From assembly GCF_027921745.1 (NCBI RefSeq), contig NC_079238.1, forward strand, positions 5,084,001 to 5,148,000: a stretch of DNA of 64,000 nt, in the 5' to 3' direction. Positions 12,121 through 22,879 of this stretch are shown piece by piece (position 1 is the stretch's first letter; the number at the start of each line of letters is the position of its first letter). The translations under genes were made by a program, and so were the position numbers. The stretch comes from Schizosaccharomyces osmophilus. Its lineage: Eukaryota. Below the pieces are notes generated by a model. The model saw only the letters and a list, made by a program, of their open reading frames with translations. It had not been told where the DNA came from and did no database searches.

Positions 12121-13917
12121 ATGCAAAGAGCTAAACGATAGCGAAAACCAAGAGGAGAGTAAAATCCAAAGTACACAACGAGAAGAAACTAACAAGGGAA
12201 TGTAGCAACAGAAATGTATAGACAAAAATAGAAGCTATTAAAGAGCAATAGCAGCATGAATCCAGTAAACAAAAACTCTTTGAACGAATGAAATAAGCAA
12301 TAACCAAAATTACTTTATTTTTTAAGCTCTCGGGGAAATATGGGGTAGGCTTAGGTGCAATATGAGCAAATCTTGGAAAAGAGGTAGTGAACCGTTGAGA
12401 AGACCAAGGAATGAATAACTTAACTAATTCAACTACTAGATCAAGCTTGAAAGCTTTAGAAAAAAGATTAAGATAAAAAAGAAGGTGCAGTTTCCAGGTC
12501 GAAAGATGACATCAATGAAAGATTACAGCTGAACTTCACTTGACGCATATAAGCTTTCGGCTAATGCGTATTGCGAATGTGGGAACCCAAGTACAATATC
12601 GCTTATTACACGAAAATATCAAAAAATGATGTCATGTAAGTAATATCCCGAGTTCGCCATGAGATCACGCTTAGCGCTTGAAAAAAAAGGTAAACAAACA
12701 AATAAACAAACAAACAAGAAAAAAGAGTTTTCGGATATTGTTTGTTTATAGCATCTACTTTTGAACTTTTTTTTGTTTTAATAGAGTATCCAAAAAAAGA
12801 AAAAGAGAAAAAATTGATGGGTGAACTTGGATTCATTTGAGCAATACTCTGAATTAGGGCTTTCTTCCCTAAAACCTTTATATGTTTCTACCTCCACAGA
12901 TGATACTGGAAGCATACCTTTTAATAAAAATTTCAACAAAAGTTGGTCTCATTTTATAAGCTTAATCGAACATTCAACTTGTGTGGCTAGCTATACTAAA
13001 ACAGCACTAGCTTGAAAATTGTAGAGGGAAATCAACAGAGCGACAGGAGGTTAGTAGAATGTGAGTCTTGAAGCAAATTGCACTTTTTAGAACCAAAATA
13101 TTTCCTATAAAACTCGAGACCATTATTGGCAAAAGGAAGGAAACAACAATACGATACAATATCAGCAAAGGACTATGGGATTTGTTTATTGATTGATCAT
13201 TTTCCAGCTTTTCAAGTTTGCCAACATGCTCTTATAGGAACGAGAAATTAAGGAATGATAGAGTAATGGAATGCTCATTGTTTACAGGCCAATGCCAAAA
13301 TGCAAATTTTTGCCATTATCGCAAAATATTAAGGGAACACCATTTGTTTTTTCTTTTTTTTTTGTTTCTATTTTTCATTCCTTTAATTAACCTGATGCAA
13401 TAAACTATTTGCTCATATGAATCACGGCGATTCGTTTCACAATTTGATGTTTCCTCTTATGAAGGTATAAAGCAATTGAAGGGTCGTCTTTAAGATACGA
13501 AAAAAGGAAGCTTTTCTAACACTAAATTGAAAAAAACTCTCCTATAGTATGCAGGAATGAAACTCGTCTATTCCTGCTTTGGATTCACATAAAATGGTCA
13601 TCTCAAAGGAAACTAGCATATCTCAAGTCTAAACACTGACTTATTTTAGGGAAAAATTTCCGATACTGATTCATAGTTAGTTTTTTTGGTTGTATTTTCT
13701 TCTTAAATTGTCTTTTTCTTTTCGTCTTATTTTCCTATCGTCAATGCCCTGACCATCCTATCCCACTAACTTGACGACATTTCTGTTTACAGTTTCATTC
13801 CCTTTTCTAATCCTTCTTTCCTACATCAACAGACTGGTTTCCAAGTATTTGATATTGCCTTTGCTTTTCTTGTGCTTTAAAACACGCTTTTACCGTCTTT
13901 CCACTCACATTTCCCCC

Positions 13918-14326
13918 ATGACCGACTCATATACTCCCAAGCCAGGCTACTCTTACTTTTGTCCATGTGGACAACTCTTCCTTACGCTTCTGGTCCCTCT
14001 TACAACCCTTCCAGAACGACAACTCGACCATACATTTGTTGTTGATGAATCTCTTCCTCATATTGCACATTTTCTTACAGGAACCCGATATTATATTATA
14101 AGGTAAACATAGTACGATATATGATTGATTAACTTAGCTTCGATTTTTGCGGATGAATTTGTCAATGACTAACTGGAATAGATATGATGGTGGATACGAA
14201 CAAAGAATTGCTTTATTATGTCGTCGCTGTTCTGTAGAGTGCGCCTATGCTCTACAGACTGCACCGGGATACCTATATCTAAACCCTACCCTATTTGAAG
14301 AAAGGACAGTCACAGTTTCGGTTTGA
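13918..14326 (+). CDS. new20: Small Cys-rich UPF0428/CXorf56(STEEP1)-like protein, 2 exons: 13918-14102, 14182-14326 (109 aa)
   Basis: YFCPCGQ...LPERQLDHTFVVD; GTAAAC..CTAAC..TAG intron joins to RYDGGYEQRIALLCRRCSVECAY (second CxxC). Confidence 0.78.
14283..14314 (+). promoter_or_regulatory. Homol E (ACCCTACCCT, 14283-14292) and Homol D (CAGTCACA, 14307-14314) boxes of the rps17 promoter
   Basis: Exact matches to fission-yeast ribosomal protein gene promoter elements, 70-100 bp upstream of the rps17 ATG. Confidence 0.85.
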
Positions 14327-14383
14327 AAGTGAAAGCTGTTGGTGTTGCAACGTTACCACTTCCATCTCAAAAAATCCTCCAAA

Positions 14384-14971
14384 ATGGTAAGAGGCTAAAT
14401 TCGATAGGAACAGGACAATGAACGACTAGTGAGGAGATGGGTTGCAAATGATTTTCCTGCGAAAAAGTCCAACAAAGTTTGAACATTTTGCCGGTCAATT
14501 TTCTTTCCATTCCTTGTGGTTGGTCTTGTTCCGTTCGATTGTTTGTAAACTAGTTTGCTGTTACTAACGAATGCTCAGGGTCGCGTACGTACCAAAACCA
14601 CCAAGAGAGCCTCCCGTGTCTGCATTGAGAAGTACTACCCTCGTCTCACTCTTGACTTCCAAACCAACAAGAGAATCATCGATGAGGTCGCTATCATTGC
14701 CTCCAAGCGTCTTCGTAACAAGATTGCTGGTTACACCACCCATTTGATGAGACGTATTCAACGTGGTCCCGTCCGTGGTATCTCCTTCAAGCTTCAAGAG
14801 GAAGAGCGTGAGCGTAAGGATCAATACGTTCCTGATGTCTCTGAGCTCGACATTGACCGCGTCAACGTCGATCAAGACACCAAGGACATGCTTAAGGTTC
14901 TTGGTTACGAGCAAATTCCCGTACGCATCCTCGCTCCTGCTCCTCAAGAGCGTTTCAACCGTCGCAGATAG
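14384..14971 (+). CDS. rps17: 40S ribosomal protein eS17; exon 1 is ATG only (14384-14386), exon 2 14579-14971
   Basis: [21 protein letters not shown]...[38 protein letters not shown] intron; strong codon bias. Confidence 0.96.
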
Positions 14972-15179
14972 GTAATGAAATTTCGGTCGTAATGGGTCCT
15001 AAAATGTCAATTTAAATGTATATTTTTTACTGTTAGAATGTGTTGAATGTAGAGTAGTTCAAATGGAAACCTTGTAAGGTTTGTAGTTTAAAATGATTAA
15101 ATGATGAAGATGCTTGAAGCTGCCTTCATTTAGTAATAAATCCAATAATAAGGTCTTAAATTCTAACTATTCAACCAAG

Positions 15180-15254
15180 TCCCGTTTAGCTCAATCGGAT
15201 TAGAGCGTCCGGCTTTTAACCGGAAGGTTGCGAGTTCGAGTCTCGCAGTGGGAG
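15180..15254 (+). tRNA. tRNA-Lys (anticodon TTT)
   Basis: TCCCGTT/AGTGGGA acceptor stem, TAGCTCAATCGG A box, TCCGG-CTTTTAA-CCGGA anticodon arm, GTTCGAG B box, downstream T-run. Confidence 0.93.
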
Positions 15255-15670
15255 TTCTTTTTTTGAATATCATTCACTTTTATGAATTGACAGCGCTTTT
15301 ATGGGACGAAAACCAAATTGTAGAAGAAATAATTTTCAATACACAAGTTTAATCCTTCAGAAATCAGATTATCAAATATTACTTATTCAAACAAACCAAC
15401 CAGACGATTCCAGCATCATCTTCTCTATGTATACGCAGCTTGCAAACTTCCAAATGATATCTAAGATACTGTTTTTCCAATGAGCTGAACATTACAAGTA
15501 CAAATTATACACGAGTTCTACAACAAGCAAGTATGACTAAGAAAAATAAGTCTCATCTTTCACCAAAAATTTGTGAAAAGGAATAGATATTGGTACGGGG
15601 CTTGATTTGGAGAAAGACTATGGAACTAGAAAAGACCCTAGGAATAAAATAAAGTACAGAGGTGAACAAC

Positions 15671-16432
15671 TTAGTTCTCAACAGCGGCAGCACCACGCAA
15701 GAGACCACTTCTGCGGGCAGCAATAAGACCAGCCTTTTGACCAGGAACGGAACCACGGGGAACAGTGGTAGAGTGACCAACGTGTTGATGGTTACCACCA
15801 CCATGAGGGTGATCGACGGGGTTCATAGCAACACCACGAGTCTTGGGCCAGCAGTTGCGCTTAACCTTGTACTTGTGGTAAGCACGGCCAGCCTTAAGCA
15901 AGGGCTTGTCAACACGACCACCACCGGCAATAATACCGACGACACCACGAGCGGCGGAAGGAACAACCTTCTTGGAACCAGAAGGCAACTTCACACGGGT
16001 CTTGCCAGTGTCAATGTCGTGGCCGACAATGATGACATAGTTACCAGAGGAACGACCCAAAGCACCACGGTCACCAGACTTTTCTTCGACGTTGGAGGCA
16101 ATGGTACCTTCAGGCATTTCGCCAACGGGCAAGACGTTACCGACGGTCAAAGCAGCGTTCTTACCACAGTAGATGAATTGACCAGTGTACATACCTTCAG
16201 TAGCAACGAAGGTCTCAACATCAGTACGGTAGTGGTAAGGGTTGCGGAAAGCAACTCTAGCCAAAGGAGCACCACGACCAGGGTCATGGATGATCTTTTG
16301 GACAACACCACGAATGTATCCGTGGCGCTCAGCAAAGTCCAAAGTACGGAGCTGAGCGGCTCCCTTACGAAGACGAGTGTGAGCTTGGAAAATTCCTCCG
16401 CTCTTTCTTTGTGCTCTAATGACACGTCCCAT
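15671..16432 (-). CDS. rpl8: 60S ribosomal protein uL2 (L8/L2), 253 aa
   Basis: [10 protein letters not shown]...HDPGRGAP...[15 protein letters not shown]. Confidence 0.97.
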   Translation of the reverse strand: MGRVIRAQRKSGGIFQAHTRLRKGAAQLRTLDFAERHGYIRGVVQKIIHDPGRGAPLARVAFRNPYHYRTDVETFVATEGMYTGQFIYCGKNAALTVGNVLPVGEMPEGTIASNVEEKSGDRGALGRSSGNYVIIVGHDIDTGKTRVKLPSGSKKVVPSAARGVVGIIAGGGRVDKPLLKAGRAYHKYKVKRNCWPKTRGVAMNPVDHPHGGGNHQHVGHSTTVPRGSVPGQKAGLIAARRSGLLRGAAAVEN

Positions 16433-16516
16433 TTTGTTGTAAGTTTTTTGTGGTGTTTAAGAGAAACCCGACTTCTGTGTATTTGCAAAAAGTTTTGTGT
16501 TGTGTTATTTTCAAAC

Positions 16517-16546
16517 CGTGACTGTTTAAATTTCAGTAGGGTAGGG
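16517..16546 (-). promoter_or_regulatory. Homol D variant (CAGTCACG) and Homol E-like (CCCTACCCT) boxes of the rpl8 promoter
   Basis: Plus strand cgtgactg at 16517-16524 and agggtaggg at 16538-16546, 85-115 bp upstream of the rpl8 ATG, same order as at rps17. Confidence 0.75.
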
Positions 16547-16900
16547 CTGAAATCGTTTAGAAAGATAGAATGATACTTAGCGATGAAATATGTAAACAAA
16601 GCGAACTTCAATGAAGGAAGGACATAAAATTGGTTCAGATTGTATCTTACTTTTATTTATTTCTTAATTTATTAGCAGTATTGTTGATTTTGTAGATTCT
16701 TGAGTCTGGACTTGATTAAACAAAAGTTGGTTTCATCACTTAAACATTCACAAAAGATCATATATAGTGACTCAACAGTTTCATCTATAGCTTTGTTAGC
16801 AAACAGATTACTTCCCTCTCGTCCTTCTATATTTGTACCTATCGTTTTTTTCTTTTTTTCTTCAGCTTCAGGCTTTGTCGTTTTCGTTTTAATACTCGTC

Positions 16901-17656
16901 ATGAAACCAGATACCCGTACACTTACAAGGGAATTTAGCAAACTAACGAATACTCCATCTAAGACTGCACTCAGTTGGTTGAAGCAGTACGACTTCGACA
17001 TAGATCTCGCTTGTCTTCATTGGGCTGAAAAAGAATCCAAAGCTGAGGCTGAAAAAAGAATCCACCAGCTATTTGACCAATTCAGGTCTTTTGAAGATGC
17101 CAACATAATCGATTTTGATGGATCTGCAAAGTTATTTGAGACTTTGGGTGTTTCCTTCGAAGATCCAGAGACCTTGTTGATTTCTTATTTGCTCGAGTCC
17201 CCCAATATGGGTGAATTTGAGCGGGAAAAGTTCGTTCACGGATGCTCTACCCTATGTGTGACCAACCTGTCCGATCTAAAAAATGTCGTTGACCAAAAGA
17301 TCACTCTCTGGAAATCGGATCGTACACTCCAAAAAGCCGTCTACATTTACTCCTATCCTCTTGCCTGTGATAAAGGAAAGAAAACTCTTGGTACTGGAGT
17401 AGCAATTGAGCTTTTGCAGGTCCTCTTAAAATCGTTATTTCTTTTGCTTGATCACTGGGTCAATTTCTTGCAAAGTTCACCGATCATCGATCGGTCCTTG
17501 CCTAGAGACACTTGGAACGAATTATGGGATTTTTCAGTTTATACTGAGTCGTCCCCAGATTGTTCAGATTATGATTTTGAGGGTGCTTGGCCAACCCTTA
17601 TAGATGAATTTGTCGTTTACTACCGAAAACATGTTTTGAATATTCCCGAACAGTAA
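16901..17656 (+). CDS. dcn1: Neddylation E3 Dcn1 (UBA-like + PONY domain), 251 aa
   Basis: ATG at 16901; DTWNELWDF...[15 protein letters not shown] signature. Confidence 0.9.
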   Translation: MKPDTRTLTREFSKLTNTPSKTALSWLKQYDFDIDLACLHWAEKESKAEAEKRIHQLFDQFRSFEDANIIDFDGSAKLFETLGVSFEDPETLLISYLLESPNMGEFEREKFVHGCSTLCVTNLSDLKNVVDQKITLWKSDRTLQKAVYIYSYPLACDKGKKTLGTGVAIELLQVLLKSLFLLLDHWVNFLQSSPIIDRSLPRDTWNELWDFSVYTESSPDCSDYDFEGAWPTLIDEFVVYYRKHVLNIPEQ

Positions 17657-18015
17657 AGTGAATGGCTTCGTATTTCCTTGGTAAAAAAGTTTATGAGATC
17701 AGCAGCACAGTCTTTCATGAAATCTAGTACAATAAAATGAACTGCAATACATCTTCGTCAACTACTCTTTCCATCACTTCCAGATAGCGTAAATTATTCA
17801 TTATTATGAGTACTTTAAAACAGTAGGTATTAGATTATAAATAACCGAAATATAATATGTTAACTTTAGAAATACACTTCCAATAAACTTATAAAAGCAG
17901 ATTATATACAAAAAAGCATATGGTCTATCAAAGTAAGCCAGAAAGATTGTGCAACGAGGCTCCTCCATAAAACCCTTGGAAATTTCGGAGAAATAGGTAC
18001 AAACGTGCTCAGTCA

Positions 18016-19512
18016 CTATTCATTTAAACCACCATCAAAAATATCATCATATTTAGGTGGAGGCACCTGAAAAGAGACTGACGGCCATTCATCAACGGTT
18101 GGAGAAGATGTACCGACAACTTCCGGAAGATTGTTATTTAAAAAGGAAGAAGGATCGTAAATTGGTGTGCCTTCATACGCACAAAGAACTTCACTAGATG
18201 GCACGCGAGCACAATAAGCAGGTAAGATGGTAGAGTCTTGTGAGCAACGACAGGATAATAGTTGAACGGGAGAATCAATACAAATTTCTAAAAACTTTGC
18301 ATCACCCATCAATTCTGGCGAATCATTACATGAAAACCGAAGCACCGTTCGTAAAGTATGGGTAACTCGGATATTTGGATAAGTGGTATCAAAATGTACA
18401 ATGTTTGCAGACATATCATGACAACCAGGAATCCGCAATTGATCAGCCATTTCATAATTGTTCCCTCCCAACGTTTTCCACTGAGAAAGCAAACACTCAT
18501 CACGAGGAGCTGATCGTTCGTACAATAACAATTGTCTGGTTTTCTCTTTACGGCGAATTGTCCGTTGTCGGCAGTAATAGTATCTTCTTTCCATTAAAAA
18601 CAGACGAATCTTTTGGATCTGAACATTACCAAGAGGAGTAAATTTAAATGTGATAGGAATCAGTTGTCCCATAATGAGAGATTTTTCCCCCAATTGGATT
18701 TCATATTTGAGACGATCTTCCCAGTTTTTCGAAACGATGATAGGCTCAGCAGTAGCAATATTAGAGCTACAGGGACTTCGAATAAGTTCCAAGCCCATGC
18801 GCCCAGTGTTTTTTCCGGAAAAGGTACCATAACGATCAACAAGGGACTCCAAGTAATAATTTACACTCCCCATATCCATATGAATAGATTCCGGAAAGGA
18901 GCAAGAAATGGGTAACTCAAAATGGTACACATATTCGCCTGGATAGAAACATTCAGGTGTTCTCGGATAGTGCTGTTCGTCTATATAAGTAGGGATAATC
19001 TTGTGCCATACGGCCCCATGACTCGTGTTATTTCCTGCATTATCACTATGAAAAAATAACCAAGAATGCGATAAAAGACTGTGTTCCTCGTATGTTTCAA
19101 ATAACTTTGGAGGAATTCCTTCAGGCCACTCGGTCCTAGCTTTCCCTCGAAGAGTTAGCTGCACTTTACGAATCTTGACAGGCTTCAATACATGTAAGCA
19201 GAGAGATCCACGCAATACTGCTGATTTTTCACTTTCAATTTCATTTGTAGTGGTTCCCGGTAAATACAAAACTGGCTCTGCAAGTGCTATTGCAACCCGA
19301 AAACTAGAACATGAAGAAAGCAACATCCATTCCCGAGCAGGGTAAGTCAGATTTGTGCACCGAGATAATTTCTTTTCTTGATAAATATGTTTTGTAGGAT
19401 CCGGTTGAACCGGTCGATCATTTAGTCGAATAACGGGATCCACCCCGGAAGTGTTTGTAACATATGGGAAAACGTTGTCGTGATGATGACTCCTTAAAAG
19501 AGGTAAGTACAT
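18016..19512 (-). CDS. aly1: Alpha-arrestin (Aly1/Aly2-like), about 498 aa
   Basis: LRGSLCL...GKARTEWPEGIPP, PGEYVYHFELP, WEDRLKY arrestin blocks; C-terminal LPAY and PPKY motifs; symbol partly from recalled synteny. Confidence 0.82.
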   Translation of the reverse strand: MYLPLLRSHHHDNVFPYVTNTSGVDPVIRLNDRPVQPDPTKHIYQEKKLSRCTNLTYPAREWMLLSSCSSFRVAIALAEPVLYLPGTTTNEIESEKSAVLRGSLCLHVLKPVKIRKVQLTLRGKARTEWPEGIPPKLFETYEEHSLLSHSWLFFHSDNAGNNTSHGAVWHKIIPTYIDEQHYPRTPECFYPGEYVYHFELPISCSFPESIHMDMGSVNYYLESLVDRYGTFSGKNTGRMGLELIRSPCSSNIATAEPIIVSKNWEDRLKYEIQLGEKSLIMGQLIPITFKFTPLGNVQIQKIRLFLMERRYYYCRQRTIRRKEKTRQLLLYERSAPRDECLLSQWKTLGGNNYEMADQLRIPGCHDMSANIVHFDTTYPNIRVTHTLRTVLRFSCNDSPELMGDAKFLEICIDSPVQLLSCRCSQDSTILPAYCARVPSSEVLCAYEGTPIYDPSSFLNNNLPEVVGTSSPTVDEWPSVSFQVPPPKYDDIFDGGLNE

Positions 19513-20258
19513 AAAAATTTATGCAAAAGAAATATAATGTTAAGCGAATCTGTGTAATGCAAACCAAAGCCAATGGGCGATTACTCCAAACGAACTAACT
19601 TGAAAACGGAAAAAGATATGTAAGAGAATGAGCTGGCTATAGACTTTTCTTGCTCAATTCTTGAATACAAGCTATTCAACAAAGTAAGCCACGAATGAAA
19701 AGGCCTTTTTATCTCTGCTAGGGAAAATTGCTTAATCTTCGTATATATCGCTCCTTTACCGCACTTCCAGCAATAGAATCGATATTCAATTACTAATTCC
19801 TGTTCCAATAATCTGTAAATAGCCTAAAAAGTCGATTATCTTTTCAGATTCTACTTTATAGAGTAGTTTGCAGTATCCAGGTTCAAGAAGTGGTTCATGA
19901 TCACTAGCCCTTTAATTGGGCAGCTTTGTGAAAGTTACCAAAAAGGAGGTTACTTACTTTCTACAGTTATACGAAAATTCGTATGTAGTCAGTTTCATCT
20001 GTTTCGCTAATTTTCCTAAGGAAATCGCCTCTCATACTTCCATAGCAAAATCCATTTTCCCAAAGGAAAAAATGAATGTGCGTAAATTAATACAAAAGTA
20101 ATTATCATTAAGATTCTGATTATAACAAAAAAAAACTACGAATTGCTTCTCGATATCGTTTGAGACCTTTGTACAGTGTCCGGTATGATTAGTTCGCATT
20201 AGTATAATTAAAGCTTCAGTAGATAGGATAGCCATAAACGTTCGCTCTCTTTTTATCA

Positions 20259-22550
20259 TTAGTATTTCATCTCACAACCTTCTAAATGAACAGTCAATGT
20301 CTTCCTTTGTGCTTGCTGCAAACGCTTGTTCATCTCAGCAAAGAATTTATGGGCTCTTTGACATATCCTAAGTTCATTTTCTGTGCTTGCGATGGTCTCC
20401 TTTTGCTCATCCCATCGATGCTGAAACATTTTGCGAAGATCATTCAAAGGAACGTTTAAAACCTTTCGACTTTCGGTACCAATCCATAAACTCGTATTAT
20501 GTGAGAATTCTGTCTCCCTTAGAGAGTTTTTGATTTTTTCTGATATTTTCAAGGGTAAAGCTCTAGGAATATCATAAACCACATAAGCAAAGACGGCGAT
20601 TCCAGTCAACCCTAGAACTGGGATCAACAAATTTTGTAAGGTTCTAGTTTTGAAGAAATCAAAGAAAGAAAGGCCGAATTTTTCTACCAAGCTTGTAAAT
20701 ACTGTGAATGAAGGAGTCGTTTTGCCCAATACTAAAAGTATCGTACTCACAGATGCACTCCAGGTACCTAGTCGTTCCGTGAGGTCCAAATCTATAAAGT
20801 CCAATATTCCAAGCTCAAAGCGAAAATGCTTTTGTAGCTGTAATTGATGTCGACGTACAAACATTTGGTGAGAGCGAAAAACGGGGATCAGGGCATCAGA
20901 GAAATTTTCTTTCATATTCTCTTGAATATATTGAACAGTTTCACTTGTCCTTCTTCTAGCAAACTCTTCTGATTCCAACAGCGTTTCCTCAAGGTATTGC
21001 TGCATAGCATTTCTAACCGAAACGCCATAATTATAGGCAAAAAGAAAGCCAGAGTATTTGACGCTGGAAAAAGAATTGAGATGTTCAATTGCCGTTTCTA
21101 ATTGAACGTGTGCATGCTGGGTAATGGACTGCACAGTGGACTCCACAAGAGCTTCGGCTTTCTGGGAAACTTGCGATTCCTGGTGCTTTGAGCTTCGAAA
21201 CCTTGGTGATAAATCTGAAATTTTGTTGTGTAGATAACTCAAATCTTTATCCATGCATTTTAAATTGTAATCGCAAATGCCAGTTAAGTCTAAAAGCAAT
21301 CCAACAAGATACTTTCGAACGGGCGCTAACTTTGATTTGGAACGATTTTCCAAAACAAAAGTCCGCAAGGAATTTTCCATTTGATAAAACAATGGATAGA
21401 TAGGGTTATCCTTTTGGCTTGAATCCGCCGCTACTCGACAACTTACAAAATGAACCAAGTCTTTAGCATCAGCGTATGTTTCAGGTGAGAGATTTTGAAT
21501 TTGATCAAGAATAAGACGCTTGCATCTCTCTTTGTCTCTGATATTATCAAACTTGTTGATTATAATGAATATATGTGACTTTTCTGTAGAAGCATTCTTT
21601 AAAAATTCAGTTGCTGAAAGGGTAAAGTGATTCTCTGCATTTACCACAAACACAACAACGTCAATTTCTTCTTGACAAGCAAATACAGAAGTCGTTTTCA
21701 TTGAATCAGTATTCAAACCTGGAGCATCAATAAGGGCAATGTCCGTGATGCCATTATGTAGCAAACTTTCATAGGCTGGCCGTCCATCATCTATGTAAAC
21801 CTTCAGCATTGACCAATTTTCTGTCTCATATACAAGTCTTTTCAAATCCTCAATAGGAAATATCACATAGGTGGAAGAGTCCGTAAAAGAATACGTTTTA
21901 CCATGTGGTACGGCATGGACGCAGTCTTTCTTATCGTTGAATTCCGCATCCAAAACTTCACAAAATACCTCTGTGCATGGTTGCTGATCTTCTGGGAGGA
22001 TATCTCGGTGAACAAGTGCATTGCAGAGAGTAGATTTACCTGCATTTAAGTCACCAGTTATTAATACTTTCGATGATGTATCCTCAACTCTTGAGTAGAG
22101 AGAAAAAAGATGCCTATTTACTTTTTCAAAGTACACTTTCAGTAATGATTCATGGGCTTCTGAACCAAGCCTACCGATGATTAATTCATCAGCTTCAGAT
22201 TTAGCATGCAAAGCCAAGTCAAGAGTTAAGATATTCATTTTTGGAACATCAAGCTCAAATGTTTCATTAGAAAAAGTCGATTTTGTTCGTTCAGAGCCCC
22301 AGACGCTATGAAATATGCATCCTTGCATGGTCACGTACTCATTTAACTCGCTCAAGAGATCCTGTAATACGTGAATGGAGCGCAATAAGACATTCTTGTT
22401 CTGATTGTATTCAAATTGTTGACGATTCGTTTCATCTTTGTAATTTTGGATACTCATACCGTTCACACCTTCCTGATTGTTCAACTTGTCATCTTCAGAC
22501 ACCGACGAAGCATCTTGCTTCTTTAAGCTCTGAGAAGTCTTTTCTGACAT
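20259..22550 (-). CDS. fzo1: Mitofusin dynamin-like GTPase, 763 aa
   Basis: GDLNAGKS P-loop, DAPG, NKFD; hydrophobic hairpin and coiled coil near the C-terminus. Confidence 0.92.
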   Translation of the reverse strand: MSEKTSQSLKKQDASSVSEDDKLNNQEGVNGMSIQNYKDETNRQQFEYNQNKNVLLRSIHVLQDLLSELNEYVTMQGCIFHSVWGSERTKSTFSNETFELDVPKMNILTLDLALHAKSEADELIIGRLGSEAHESLLKVYFEKVNRHLFSLYSRVEDTSSKVLITGDLNAGKSTLCNALVHRDILPEDQQPCTEVFCEVLDAEFNDKKDCVHAVPHGKTYSFTDSSTYVIFPIEDLKRLVYETENWSMLKVYIDDGRPAYESLLHNGITDIALIDAPGLNTDSMKTTSVFACQEEIDVVVFVVNAENHFTLSATEFLKNASTEKSHIFIIINKFDNIRDKERCKRLILDQIQNLSPETYADAKDLVHFVSCRVAADSSQKDNPIYPLFYQMENSLRTFVLENRSKSKLAPVRKYLVGLLLDLTGICDYNLKCMDKDLSYLHNKISDLSPRFRSSKHQESQVSQKAEALVESTVQSITQHAHVQLETAIEHLNSFSSVKYSGFLFAYNYGVSVRNAMQQYLEETLLESEEFARRRTSETVQYIQENMKENFSDALIPVFRSHQMFVRRHQLQLQKHFRFELGILDFIDLDLTERLGTWSASVSTILLVLGKTTPSFTVFTSLVEKFGLSFFDFFKTRTLQNLLIPVLGLTGIAVFAYVVYDIPRALPLKISEKIKNSLRETEFSHNTSLWIGTESRKVLNVPLNDLRKMFQHRWDEQKETIASTENELRICQRAHKFFAEMNKRLQQAQRKTLTVHLEGCEMKY

Positions 22551-22879
22551 TAATTTAGGATATACACGGTCAAATATTCAGTCTTTTTTATTAAACTGAC
22601 TAACTCATACAAAGAAAAGCACTCGTGACTTGTTTACTGGTGAAATTCTTCCACTTCTCAATACAGTTATATCGACTTATAAGTATTATATACGAAATTG
22701 AGCTCTAGCATATGTAGGATAAAAAAGCAATCATTGAATTAGAAAGCAATTAATAACTATAAACAAAACGAAATAAATACAATTTACACTAAAACTACAA
22801 TTGTAACGGAATATCAACCAAAAAGAAATACAGCTCTGAACTGTGCCGGGCAGAAAACATGAACGTTTTTAACATAGGA

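Noticed and set aside
15662..16573. 303-aa ORF antisense to rpl8 (likewise 14564-14947 antisense to rps17)
   Set aside because: Same codon-bias artefact; non-ATG start and no recognisable domain
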